From Paraspadella gotoi (lineage: Eukaryota > Animalia > Chaetognatha), in assembly GCA_051294375.1 (NCBI GenBank), contig CM119264.1, positions 17,919,157-17,983,156 on the forward strand: DNA of 64,000 bases, in the 5' to 3' direction. The notes beneath the pieces are model-generated. The model saw nothing but the letters and a program-made list of their open reading frames with translations. It did not search any database and had not been told where the DNA came from. Positions 1 through 12,757 of this stretch are shown here, piece by piece. The first letter of the stretch is position 1. Every line of letters begins with the position of its first letter. Position numbers and translations under genes: made by a program.

Positions 1-901
1 TTCAGGTAGGCTAACACCTCAAATGACGTATCCTATTATTTTTAAACCTCCCTTTTTCTCTGGAAATTAAGCGCAAATGTATTATGAAATATAATTAAAT
101 TTATTATTTATCTAATGAGAGGTTTTCGAATCTACTTCGAAAAAAGCTATGCTCCAAAAATTTTAATTAAAAAGAAAGTTGCTCAAAATTAAATCCAGGC
201 TCTCCAAATTGCCACGAAAATCACGAGAGGAACCATCGAAATTCTCAACGAAGTACACATCATCAAGAAAGACGAAAAAGTCGGAGCTTCGGAGGCGACA
301 CTTCTTGGGATGTTAAACATCCATCCCTTTTCCTATGGGCTGCAAATTCTCCAAGTTTACGATAATGGTTCCATCTACCATCCTTCGATCTTGGATATTA
401 CTGACGAAGACATCCGAAAAAGATTCTGCGAAGGGGCGGCAATCGTCACCATGACCTGTTTGGGCATTGGGTATCCTACTACCGCTTCGGTCCCCCACAT
501 GGTTGCCAATGCTTTTAGGTACGAACAAATCGATTTGAGCATTTTAAATAAGACCCAAATGATGAAAGTAATGTCTGTCAATCCACTGATTTCGATGAAG
601 TTAATTTTTATCCTGATAATTTGATAGTCGCCGTTTTTTGGAGAGATTATTTCGCAAAAGACTATCGTAAACTTTTTTGAATTTCAGAAACTTGTTGGCC
701 GTCGCGGTGGAGACCGATTATACGTTCAAGGAAGCTGAGGCCATCAAGGAGTTCATCGCCAACCCGGAAAAGTTTGCTGTGGCCGCTCCAACAGCCGCGG
801 CGCCCGTTACGGCCGCTGAGGCGAAGGAGGAAGCTCCCGCGGCGAAGGAAGAGTCGGAGGAAGAATCCGACGAAGATATGGGTTTCGGGCTATTTGACTG
901 A
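1..901 (+). CDS. RPLP0: 60S acidic ribosomal protein P0 (uL10), 3' part; exons ..5, 199-518, 688-901
   Basis: Spliced translation [48 protein letters not shown]...[13 protein letters not shown], an Ala-rich hinge, and the P-protein C-terminus [17 protein letters not shown] introns. Confidence 0.97.
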
Positions 902-1121
902 TCACCAGTGGAAGGTTGATTAAGAGGGAAAAAAATTGTATTTCTGAGTCTTATTTTACTGTTTGTTAAGAATTATATTTATAAAAATTCCAGCGATAAT
1001 TTCAAGAAGCATTCCCTCTGTTTTTGTTTCAGAATTCTAAGTTATTTCAAAATATAAAGGTTTTTCTTTAGGTTTATCGCTAATTTTAAAGTCGGTTGAG
1101 AAAAATTCTCAGAATTTATCA

Positions 1122-2886
1122 ATGGTTGGTGGTCGAGGGACTCCACCCGTTGGGATGGACGAGGACGATTTACTAGAAGCTGACGAGGGAGACGCGTTGG
1201 AGGTGATCGAGTTGGAAGGCTACGACGGCAACGATGGAAGTGATCCGGAGGAAACTGACTATACTGGCGAGGGTAAGTGTATTTAAAATGGTAATTTTTT
1301 ACTTGATTTTTTTTTTACTTAATTTATAGCTTTTTTGATGTTGACCCTTTTCACTTTAGTAATGGACGAAGACGAATCCGTGTTGTTCGACCCACCGGAG
1401 GTGGACGACGCTGCCATTGTCTTTTCAGCTCATTCCAAATCGGTTTTTACTGTGGCTCTCGATCCGAGCGGAAGCATCGCTGTCAGTGGTGGAGAGGACG
1501 ACGTCGCCTTCGTCTGGTCGGTCGTCGACGGGAAGATCATGTTCAAGTGCGAGGGACACCAGGCGAGGCTCATTTATTTCGTATCATTTTAACTCTTTCG
1601 CTGCTATCGAAGCCATCGCGCTTTTTTTAGCGTGGGTGGTCAAAAAGTAGCGTATATAAAAAAGCGGGTTATTGGTCGCGTTTTAAGATAATAAGTTTTT
1701 AAAGTGCATTACCCAAACTCGGAACAATCCAATATTCTCTTTTTGAACATATACTTGTATATATAATTATATATATATGAAACCAATATAAATATGTACG
1801 TACTTATCGCGTTTTCTTAAAAGCTTAGTTACTTTGTCTTTGACCACAGGATTCCGTAGTATGCGCGGCGTTCAACAACGATGGAAGCATGGTAGCCACC
1901 GGTGACTTGGCCGGCGCTGTTAATGTTTGGAAAGTGGCCACCGGAAAGCTGGTATGGAACTTCGAGGTCAGCGACATGGAATGGCTTTTGTGGCATCCTG
2001 TCGCCTCTGTAATTATCGCAGGTGAGTTGATTGATAAATTTTTGAATTGGATTATTAAGGATTAAAATTGTACTTTTGACGTTGTAAACCACTCTTGTTT
2101 TATCACTTGTTTAACTTTTAACAGGCACTGTGGATGGATCGTCTTGGATGTGGAAGATACCCAGCGGAGACTGCAAAACTTACGCGGGTCCCAACTGCCC
2201 CGCTTCCAACGGTCGCTTTCATCCAGACGGAAGACGCCTCTGCGTTGGCTACGGTGACGGCAGTCTCCGTGTTTGGGACCTGAAATCTACCGCCGTGCAA
2301 CACACAATAACGTGAGATATCAGGAGCAATAGGGGGACGGAGGCTTCATTATGCTTGACAATTCTATTTTGTCTTCAGTGACCTTCATTCTGCTACAGTA
2401 ACCTCTATGGATATTCATCGGGACGGCAATCTTCTATTCACGGGATCCGTCGATGGCACTGCACGTCTGATCAATCCCAACACTGGAAAAGTTGTCGGAA
2501 ATTTGCAGGAATCGGATTCGGGTGAGGATGCCGAACCAGATTCTGTTGAAACTGTCGGACTTTCGCACTCTCACGCCCTGGCGGCCACTGGAACTCTCGC
2601 CGGAAAACTTTTAGTCTGGGACTTAAATACTCAAAAATCGCGGCACGACCCGGTCTCTCTAGAGGGCGGAATTACGAGGCTGGCGTTCGACAGCGCCACT
2701 GGGAACACTATCTTTTGCGCCAGTTTGGACGGAACTGCATCAATGTGGGATGCCAGAACGGGGCAGATCGTGAGGAAATGGACTGGGCATCGAGGTCATG
2801 TACTCGACCTGGCCGTAGGTCCAATGGCGAATTTCATATTAACATCCTCCTCAGATGGAACCGTTCGCTCGTTTTCTACTGTTTGA
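1122..2886 (+). CDS. AAMP: AAMP/Sqt1-like WD40 protein; exons ~1122-1272, 1360-1562, 1850-2021, 2124-2311, 2379-2886
   Basis: Acidic N-terminus (TPP...EVIELE) followed by WD repeats: [18 protein letters not shown]|[61 protein letters not shown]. Matches my recollection of AAMP. Confidence 0.88.
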
Positions 2887-3418
2887 CTGTCATAGTTTGT
2901 TAAACCTATTACATATGGTTTCCAAGCTGAATTTTAGAAGTTGTACGCAAAGAATTGTTTTTGGGCTTCGTTGCTAACTAAATTATTAGATATAATATAA
3001 TTACGATTTTTGTTTTAAATGCCCCTTTTCGTTAGTTCAGCTACGTTCAAACTAGCTAAAATGTTGAGAATCTCTTATAGTACGTATTAGTTTTTAGGAA
3101 CCAATATTTGTTGCAAGATGAAATTAAGATCATAAAAACTAAGTAGGATAATGCCTGATAAGTTCAAATTATGCTTATCCTGCGTACAAAAGACATGGTT
3201 GAAAAAAGGAAGTTGGTGAAAATTTTGTCCTGAAGGCTCTTACGACGATTTACTACATTTCTGGTTAATGCAATTGAATATGTACATTTCTCGTAAATGT
3301 ACATTTAAATTCACATAAGAACACGAAAACTCGATATCGAAAAACGTTCCGGGAGCAAATTAGTTTTCATTTTCAAGAGTAGTTTTTGAAGAACGCTTGA
3401 AAGAACTAACCTAACCTT

Positions 3419-6400
3419 ATGGCTTTCCTATCAACGAAAGAGCCTTCAAATTTCGTTCCAAGAAGCTCGTCTTCCAAAATTCATTTCATCCACTTCAATG
3501 ATGTCTATAACATCGAATCTCGCGAGATCGAACCCGTTGGAGGAGCCTCTCGTTTCGTCACCTTGGTTAAAACATTACGTCGTGGCGAGGCTTGCCGCAT
3601 TGTGACTTCAGGAGAAATCTCTTCGCGGTCTATAGCCCTTGACGGACCGACTCCGTTGGTACTATTTAGTGGCGACGCTTTTAATCCCTCGCTCATGTCT
3701 ACCCTCACGAAGGGTGAGTAATTCTCATTGAAGTACATTACTTTATTTGCGTGTCGATTCCATTCTACTCTCTAGGCTCCCAGATGGTGCCGATTCTAAA
3801 TAAAATTGGCGTTGACGTCGCTGTTTACGGAAACCACGATTTCGACCATGGTGTGGACGTACTTGAAGATCTGGCGTCAAAGACACACTTCCCTTGGCTT
3901 ATGAGGTATTTCATATATTTAACACAATAAGTGTACGATATTCCTTGAAACTATGGAACTGACTCATTCAAGCAATGTTATCGACAATTACACTGGATAC
4001 CAGCTGGCTGGTGGATTAAAATCGCACACGATGAAGGTTGGGGAATACGTTGTCGGTTTTGTCGGTCTAGTGGAAGATGCATGGATCCAGACGCTGGCAA
4101 CAGTCGATCCGGAGCAAATAACTTATTTGGGTAAGGGCTGTCGAATAAAAGGCTTTCGGTTGTCGATCTAAGTTTAATATACTTTTTTGTGCTATAAAGT
4201 CGATTAGAATAATCAAATGCCAACTCGCCAAACTTTGTTGTGTAACCTATAGTACGACTGTCCGCTGTCCGTCCTTAGTCTCGTCTTAATGTCTGATCGA
4301 GTTAATTTTTAATTATTTAGTATTCCTACCGAGGCAGTTTTTATCGCCCTATTAACAAGTCCGCTGGCGGTGTTGATAAGACAGTCCGTAAAATTTTAAA
4401 TCACACTTTTTTTACTCATATGTATTATTTTTTAGACATAGTGGAAGAGGGTCGTCGTTTGGCTCAGGACCTGCGAGCGGCCGGAGCGGATGTGGTTGTT
4501 GCGCTGACGCACAATCGCTGGCCGAACGACCGACGCCTTGCTGAATCTGTTGACGAAATCGACATAGTTTTGGGTGAGAAAACTGCGGTCTGCTACACTA
4601 GCGTTATGGTATGCTTTATCAATTCTATCTAAAAAACTTAAGGTGGACATGATCATGAATACGGATTTGACAAAGTGATGGGTACCCGAAAAGGAAAGCC
4701 GGTGGAAAAGATAGTTTTAAAAAGTGGAACTGACTTTCGAGAACTGTCTGCTGTGACGATCGATTTCGGCGAAAATGACGACCAAGATTTTCAGGTAAGG
4801 ATATAACGTTCAGTATCAGTGCTGCAGTTGCGAATTTTTTTTTTATTTAGGTTTATAAATTTGTCGTTGATTCCTCGATTGTTGAGGATGAAGAGACCAA
4901 ACGCATCGTCGATTCCTTTGCTTCGGACCTTCAAGTGAAGATGAAGGAAGTCTTGGGCGTCATGGACGTCGAGCTCGACGGTCGATTTGGTCAAGTCCGA
5001 ACGAGGGAGACGAATCTAGGTTGTTAATAATAAATTCTGATTTCTTCTATAGTTCTAATCGCCTTGTCGTGTTTGGTATCTGTCTTATAAAATAGCATTC
5101 GTATCAGTTTTTTTTTAATTAGAAAATAGATGTCAGATTTAGAAATGGACTAATAACCTTATTTTATGCATCATTTACGTACTTTTACTTTTATGAAATT
5201 GGTACAACCAATATATTTTATATATGAAATTGGTACAACCAATATAAAAATTATCCATTCATTTAATAAATAAGCTATCTTGCCCCTGACTTTATATTAT
5301 ATATATATTATGTAGCACATTTTCTCGGAGCTAACTTCATCCTTGCATTCATAACTTGCAGGAAACTTCATTTGCGATGTTATCCTGGCTGCGACAGACG
5401 CTGATTTGGCCATTCTGAACAGCGGCACTTTTCGCTCAGATGTTCTCCACCCCGCTGGACCGTTTACCCGGGGAGATCTCGCATCAATCCTTCCCTTCGT
5501 CGACACCATCGTGGTTCTCTCCGTCTCCGGAAGTCAGATCCTTGAAGTGTTGGAAAATGCTGTCTCGAAATGGCCCGTCCTTGAGGGGCGATTCGCCCAG
5601 GTCATCAACCGGTTTTATGGAATGCTTAAATTTTCTGTTCTTAAATCTTGGCATTTGGGGTTATTTGATTCCATCTAATCTTCTTAACGTTTTTATACAC
5701 TATCCTTCAGGTTTCCGGTATCCGATTCGCTTTTGACCCAAACAAAGAACCTGGATTCCGCGTTAATCCGCGCTACGTGGAAATTCATGGTGATTATCTC
5801 GATACGGAAAAAAAAGATTACAAGCTTGCGACTAAAGCTTACATGGCCATGGGCAAGGATGGGTAGGTTGAAAATGTTGTCTAAATGATTTTTATGAATT
5901 ATTTTTATATTAATTGGTCACTCTTTTGCAGCTACGATTGCCTGGCCAAGGCGACAGTTCTAGTGGATGAGGAAACTGGGCCCATCCTACGTACCCTCGT
6001 TGAAAACTATTTCGAGTCTATCGCCATTGTCCGCGGAGTGAAGCTTCAGCGCCGTTCCAAGCACAGGCAGCCGCTTCTTTCGCGACGCTCCGCCAGCTTG
6101 AAATCCTCGCAGCCGCCGCCGTCCCCCGCAACTGGGGATAAACGAGACCCAGTCTCTCGTGCCAGGTCCTTAGCGTGCATCAAGAGGCACAACCTAGTTA
6201 AACAGAAGACCATCGAGGATTTGGAAAAAGAGGTATGATGAGGAACAATTCGAAAATTTCCCCTTTTTTCGAATTTTTTTCCCCGAATAACTCTCTTACA
6301 TTTTTACGCAGCATTGTCATTCGGATAGCGATGATTGTGACGATCAGGTTTACATTTTGCTTAGTAGTAGCTTATCCTCTATTGGGTGCTTCTTTTGTGC

Positions 6401-7232
6401 CTTCCGGTGTTAGTCTAACATTTTCTTTAACATTTTTCTCTGGATTTGTCGGTTATCGATTTTTCTGTGGGATGTACACTGTACAGGGAGGTCCAGCTCT
6501 AATGGGGCTACCTTCAAGTGCTTACAGCACAAAAACGGTTTATGATAGAGGGGAAAATTTGTAAACTTGGCTAAATTTTCTTTCGATCGATATCCAAAAC
6601 GTTTAGAAAAAAGTAAAGCTTTTTGCATAACATTTCAAAATTATTTGCGCCAAAAATCAAGAAGGATAGCGACCCCTGACTTTTGGCCACGTTTTTCTGA
6701 CTGCAATACCCCTGATGAATGAAAATGTAGGATAGAGAAGCAAAATGTCCCACCTATCCCCTCTACTACTCTAGAACTGTCGACTTTTTGACGGCAATGA
6801 TAGTGATAAAAATGACAGCATTCCCTGCGGGGACGGCCAGAAAAGCATATGCCGCCTTCTCTGAACTTTTGCAGAAGATCATGGTAATCTTTTTAATTGA
6901 TTGTATCGTCATTACATTTTTTTTATTTACCCGTCCAAACGTTAGTCCAAAAGGGATAGACCTCCCTGTATTAATATTTATGGGCTTCAAAAAATATTTT
7001 TTTTCTTCTTTCTTTGACAATCTCCTCAATCTTATGAATTTTTTTTCTCGGCTAGTTGGCACGCCATTCGCCTACTACTAACAACCGCATTGTGGTGATT
7101 GATGCTCCAAAGTGGCAAGAGTACCTGGAGGATCGACGAACAGTATGGGAAGTGAGGAATAACCCTACTCCGTTGCAAGGAGTCAAGGAAGACGAAGCAG
7201 ACGGAGGTGGTTGGGGAGTTAATGGTGATTAA
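3419..7232 (+). CDS. 5'-nucleotidase / calcineurin-like metallophosphoesterase, about 12 exons
   Basis: Motifs HFNDVY, GGASRF, FSGDAF, GNHDFD, FPWLMSN, ALTH, GGHDH, ETNLGNFICD, NSGTFRSD, EGRFAQVSG and GKDGYD across GT-AG exons. Last exon 7056-7232 ends in TAA. Confidence 0.9.
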
Positions 7233-8355
7233 ATAACGGTAATTAACTAAGTTTAGTCGTCAGTTTCGAGGCAGTTAGGCCATCGGTCCAGGATTAATAC
7301 ACGTCCGATAAAAAAATACAACCAATAAAATCATCATTTCATTCAATACAAATAAGCTATCTAGTCTCCTGACTTTGGACAGGCTATTTTATTGATCTCT
7401 TTTGCCTTAATCATTACTGATACATGATGATCTGAATATTTCTCATCACGATATATTTACGCTTTAATTTCATTTGATTGCTTTAAGATTTTAAATTATT
7501 TTGTCAATATTTTTTTTTATTTTATATAATATTATTGTATCATTGCATATTCGAGTATTTCTTTCACTCATAATATGTACTATGTGTTAATTGTTTTTGA
7601 AATTAATTTTCAAAAACTTAACTTCGACAGTCATATTGATATTCCCAATATACTCATTTTAAAGCATTTAAATTTATTTTGTGTTTTAGTTGCGCTGCTA
7701 GTACATAGGGAGAAATGTTTTATTAGTCACTTTATGATAGATCGGTCGATTGTTCGCAGCTTGGTAAATACTTATAGCTTTTAACTTTACTAATGTCATG
7801 TGCCTTAATATGCTACCGCTTTGTGTGGGTTTCACCCTTGTACGGTCACATAATCATCTGTAAATACAAGCTAGTAATAAGTCAATTCGGCGCAACACAT
7901 TGAAATTGCCGTTTGTTAATAGAATCCGATATATCTATTTCTAATTATTATCAAGTATTTCAGTTTTTATTTGCAATATATTTTAGAAATCATAATAGTT
8001 ATAAAAAATTTTAACGAGAAAACTCGAGAAACAAGGAAACCATCTAGATTCGGCGGCCGATCGACTGTTTTTGATATACTATGTTCATGCTATTATACTA
8101 TTATGTTAACTCAACAACCAAATTGACGAGAGTACTTTTAATTTGAATAAAGCTAAATTTTTTTAAAAACATTATTATGTATATGTAATACCGCTCTTGA
8201 CTCCATCACTCAATCAAAAAACAAAAAAACAAACTCCGTCCTCCTCCTTTTATAGAATTGACCTTTTTACACTATTTAAACATTTAATCATGGCGTTATT
8301 AATTATGTTTCAATTATCAATTCAGTCGAATAGTCTTACTATTGTCTGAAAATAG

Positions 8356-9504
8356 TCAGAACAGTTTGATCTTGAGAAGAATTTGCGAACGGCAGGTATG
8401 GCATTTTTCGATGAAAGTTGCACAATTTTCGCAGCATTGATGACCACACTGCAATGCCACACTTTTGAGCCTATCGAGGCAGACTGGACATTCAGATCGA
8501 TTCCGCAAAAATTGCAGTTCCTCTTTAGGATTTTTAAAAGTATTAGTGGTAGAAATGGTATCGTTGACGACTTCTTTGGCGATGGACAAGTTAGCCCCCT
8601 GATTCTGCAAAAGCTTTCTGATGTCAACCGCGATGTTGCTGCGATGCCGCTTGATTCTCATCGGTCCGACGCTATCTTGCGTCGAACGACCAGCTGAAGG
8701 ATTTTGATTGGTTGATGGAATGGAATTATTGATAGATTCGTCATTGATGTGGAGAAAGGTAGAGAGTTGTGGCGCTGGATGATATTGAAAAGATTGAGAT
8801 CGATTGCTCGCTGCTGGAAAGAATGTTAAGTAAGAAGTAATAATTATATGTTGGGTGTAATCTCAATAAACCCAATTACTAACCTGTGGCCTTCAGTGGT
8901 TGACAAACGGGACATGTGGTCGAACGACATCGGTGCCAGTGCTCGAGAATTTTAGAAGAGGATTTACAGAAAGGGTGCTGGCACCCAACGCCGTTGTTGC
9001 AGCCTCTAAGGTGGACTACGAGGGACTTAAACTGGTCGCATTTGGATCGACCGCAACCCCCTTGACACTTAAAGGCATGGATCAGAAGGACCAGTTGAGT
9101 TTGAATCATCTTCGTACGGACTTTACGCTCCAATCTAAATAGTCAAGGAATGGTGGCGAATTCATTACATATATATATATATAAATATATAATTTGAGAT
9201 AGGGACGGTAGGTATTTCTCTTTTTGAATTTATTCTTTGAATCATGAGATCTAACTGCCGACTTGATAAAAATTTATATGGCACGGTTTTTCTTTCGCAT
9301 ATATCATTTCCGTGGTTTGATATTACAATATAAGAAGTAAAAGGTACAATTTTACCATTCATTTTTATATATTTGCCAGAAGATTAATATTTATTCATAT
9401 TATTAATATTATAATTATAATATTATTTATTATCAAAGTATAACAGACCTTTCGTATAATTGTTGAAAATCCTGGTTAGAATTGGGTGCCGTTAGTGATT
9501 CCAT
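8356..9504 (-). CDS. TAZ zinc finger plus C-terminal C3HC4 RING protein, 254 aa; exons 9504-9449, 9134-8884, 8813-8356
   Basis: Three exons join in frame (56+251+458 nt) with GT-AG sites. Exon 2 IQTQLVLLIHAFKC...HWHRCRSTTCPVCQPLK has three HCCC zinc sites. Exon 3 ends CPVCLDRLKSVALQCGHQCCENCATFIEKCHTCRSQILLKIKLF*. Confidence 0.85.
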
Positions 9505-11617
9505 GATGTAATTTTTTTAAAAAACTAGGTGATTTATTAGTGACTTACAGTTGCGAGAGGCGTGAAAAAAACAGCGATTGCGACTACTTACGCATTTTGC
9601 AAGTTTAAGAATTTCATCATCTCCACATCTGTTAGCTGCTGACGCAATTTTACTCAGCAGCCGCAGCTGCTGGGAATTCGGAAAGAATTTGGTGAAAAAG
9701 AGCTTTTGCCCTTTTGTTCATTTATGATTGCACAATAATTTTGAAATAGCAAATCTTGAAAAATTAGATTCACTTAGGTATTGTGAAATCTTTTATTATG
9801 TAAAATGTATTATGATTATCTACTAGTATGATTTTCATCTCTCTTCCATAATCCAAATGACTTTAGGATGACGTTGAATGATGAAATATAAAGAATAGAT
9901 GACTGTTCTAGTCTAGAATCTAGAAACTTGTTTTCAGCAGCGATGGCGCTGAGGAAGAGGCGGCCATAACACCGAGGCTGGGACGTCATCAAAACTCGAA
10001 CAAGTGTCATGGCGGATTTTGGGGGTTACTCTTTTTTAAAATATTATTTACAAAACTAAAATTAACATTTTGTGGATGCATTTATTTCGTCGAATTTATC
10101 ACGTCACGTTTGCGACATTTTAATTCATATATTATATGAAAATTAATGTATTTTTCCTACTTATTCACTCTAGTAAAGAGACATTTGGGTTGAAAGGGGA
10201 ATGTATTGCTTCCGGCTCTAATGACCCATCTGAACGGTTGGTGGATGTTCGTCCATCATACTTCGCGTTCTAATCTTTGTTCCTTCCTCTAAGTATGAAA
10301 AGCCTTCACATATGTAGATTTCATGAATTTATAACCTTTAAGCTCATGCTTAATGCTAATTCTACGTGTTTTCCCATTGCCCTCTTTTGACGAGAGGTAA
10401 CGCCAGACGACCAAATTCTGTGGGAACAGTGTTAAACTGTCTTTGTATTTCATTATATGTAAAAACTTCATTTATTTGAAAACTTAACGAACTTTAATCA
10501 TAGTTTTTTAAAAAAGCCAAAACAAGTTTCGCGTCCCTTCTTTGTATATAAATGAAATGAGCTGTTTTATAAAAAAAATTATTCTAATCCAACTCAAATC
10601 CAATTTAAATCGTTTAAATTTAAAAAAAAAAGAGAAACCAGTTTTAATTTGCTAAATTTTACAAAGTTGTAAAACTCTTGCTACTACTCTTTTAAGTTCA
10701 TTTTAGTAAAGTCTTCTCGTTTTTGCCCTGTCACTTTTCATCTCGGGTACAAATCTGACGTTTTTTCCCATTCTTAGTTTTTTTTGTGTCGCGCTTTTAC
10801 TCGATTAATTTCTCCTCTCTGATCCAAATTATGGGGGCGGCGAGAAAACCACTCGATATCCAAGTCCAAGATAACCTCGCCGCGATCGCTCATTTTGGGA
10901 GAAGTTTTTTTTAGAGACTTTGTGGTACGTTTTGCGTTTACAATATACTATCTTTGTTTTCGGGTAATATTTATACGTCATACAATGTAATAATATTTTT
11001 TAGTTTTTAAAATCAAGAATGAATTCCTCATAAAAAGCTAATTATTGAAGATGTTTTTTTTTTAATAAAAATTTTTAAGATAGCGAAATTTCAAAAAAAT
11101 AATATTTTTATATTAAAATAAAGGTCTGTTATTTTGGTTTAAGATTTTAACCAGGGATGTGGAGCCGACCTAATTTTGTCTCGGCTCCAGCTCCGGCTCC
11201 AGCTCCAGGCCAAATTTTTTTCCGGCTCCAGCTCCGGCTCCGGCTCCAAGCAAAATTTTTTTTCGGCTCCGGCTCCGGCTCCGGCTCCAGCAAAAATTTC
11301 AACTCGGCTCCGGCTCCGGCTCCAACTCCGGCTCCATTACTATATATATAATTAAAATTTAAGAAATTAAATATTCATAATATATTCTTTAAATCATATA
11401 ATTTATATTTTGATTATATTTAATATTTATTTTATATTATAATATATAATATATTTTAATATTAAAAATATATTATATAATTAAAATTATTTTTAAAAAT
11501 ATTTTAATAATATGCAAAATATTTATTTTTTTTGGTGATATCCTCACTCTTTGGTAATTTAACAGTGAATTATATTTAGCATTCTAATTAAAGTGATTTT
11601 ACTTAAAACTCAGATTA

Positions 11618-12225
11618 TGGTTAGGGTTAGGGTTTTAGGGTTAGATTAGGGTTGAGTTGGTTTGGTTTAGGGTTAAGGTTGAGTTGGTAATAATTAGGGT
11701 TAGGGTTGAGTAGTTTAGGGTTAGGGTTAAGGTTGAGTAGTTTAAGGTTATGGTTAGGGTTAATGTCAATTTTAAGGTTAAGATAAACAAGAAGCCGGCA
11801 TTAGGGTTAAGGAAGGTACTGGCAATGGATATTAGGGATTAAAGTTGAGGTACGAATATATGAGGGAGGCCCGGTCCCGGGTTAAGGTTAGGGTAAGGAG
11901 AGAGGCATGGAGTTGAATGGGAGGCCTGGGTTAGGGTAGGGGGAGAGGCTTACTGTTGATGTATCAAAGGCGGTTAAGGTTAGGGTTGAGGAACAGAGAT
12001 ATATGCGGAAGCCCAGGCCCTGGTTAGGGTTAGAGTTGGGAGAAAAGCATGGAGTTGAACGGAGGCTCGGGTTAGGGGAAAAGTCCATGGTTGATGCATC
12101 GAAGACAGTTAGGGTTGGGTTGAGGCACAGAGATGTACTGGAGGCCAGGGCCTAGGTTAGGATTAGGATTAGGAAAAAAGCATGGAGATGTACGGGAGAC
12201 TTGGGTTAGGGTTTAGTTTTAAGGG
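11618..12225 (+). repeat. Degenerate TTAGGG-like array with a ~135-140 bp higher-order unit
   Basis: Many GGTTAGGG units. GCATGGAG recurs at about 11906, 12047 and 12180 with similar neighbouring sequence. Confidence 0.75.
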
Positions 12226-12757
12226 AAGAGCCCACAGGTGATGTATTTATCCCCATGTTCTCAACTTCAGCCACAAGCTTTTCCTTTAACTTGCGCCTTT
12301 GATTATATTCATTACTTTTATTACTGGCGAGGTCACCAGTGAGGGTATTGGCAACACAACCAGGGCTTTGCTGATATTGCCATAGTGAAGTCGCCAACCA
12401 ACTAGAACAACAATTGTGACTCATGCGTGAATCGCTGGCAACATTGCTATTTGAGTTAAGAGAGTTTGGGTTAAAGCTCAGAAATAAAAAAAAAGCCTGG
12501 GTTACAAGGTGACACACAACAGCCCGCCGCTAAAAAAAAATTGTCATTTGCAAACTTGTGAAGATATTTTTAATCTAAAAAAATTTTTTCTATAGTAAAA
12601 ACCTAAATCATTTATATATCCAAATTTTATATTGATTGGTTATGATTTGACTTAGCAATGACCAAGAAAAAGTTGCTTTAAAAATTGTCTTTCATTTTAA
12701 AACAAATCTTTTCAATTTTTTTGTTTAATTTTATAAACATTTTTTAAAAAACTTTTA

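Noticed and set aside
5195-5292. Short dispersed repeat (also ~7310-7385 and reversed at ~14705-14785)
   Set aside because: A real repeat fragment, but too short to classify and with no sign of function.
9930-10275. GC-richer patches with acceptor-like sites and short ORFs upstream of the TAZ-RING gene
   Set aside because: No coherent gene model or recognisable protein could be built.
11157-11351. ORFs with APAPAP / SRSRSW repeats (also 14845-15030)
   Set aside because: Translations of the (GGCTCC)n subterminal repeats of the hAT MITE.
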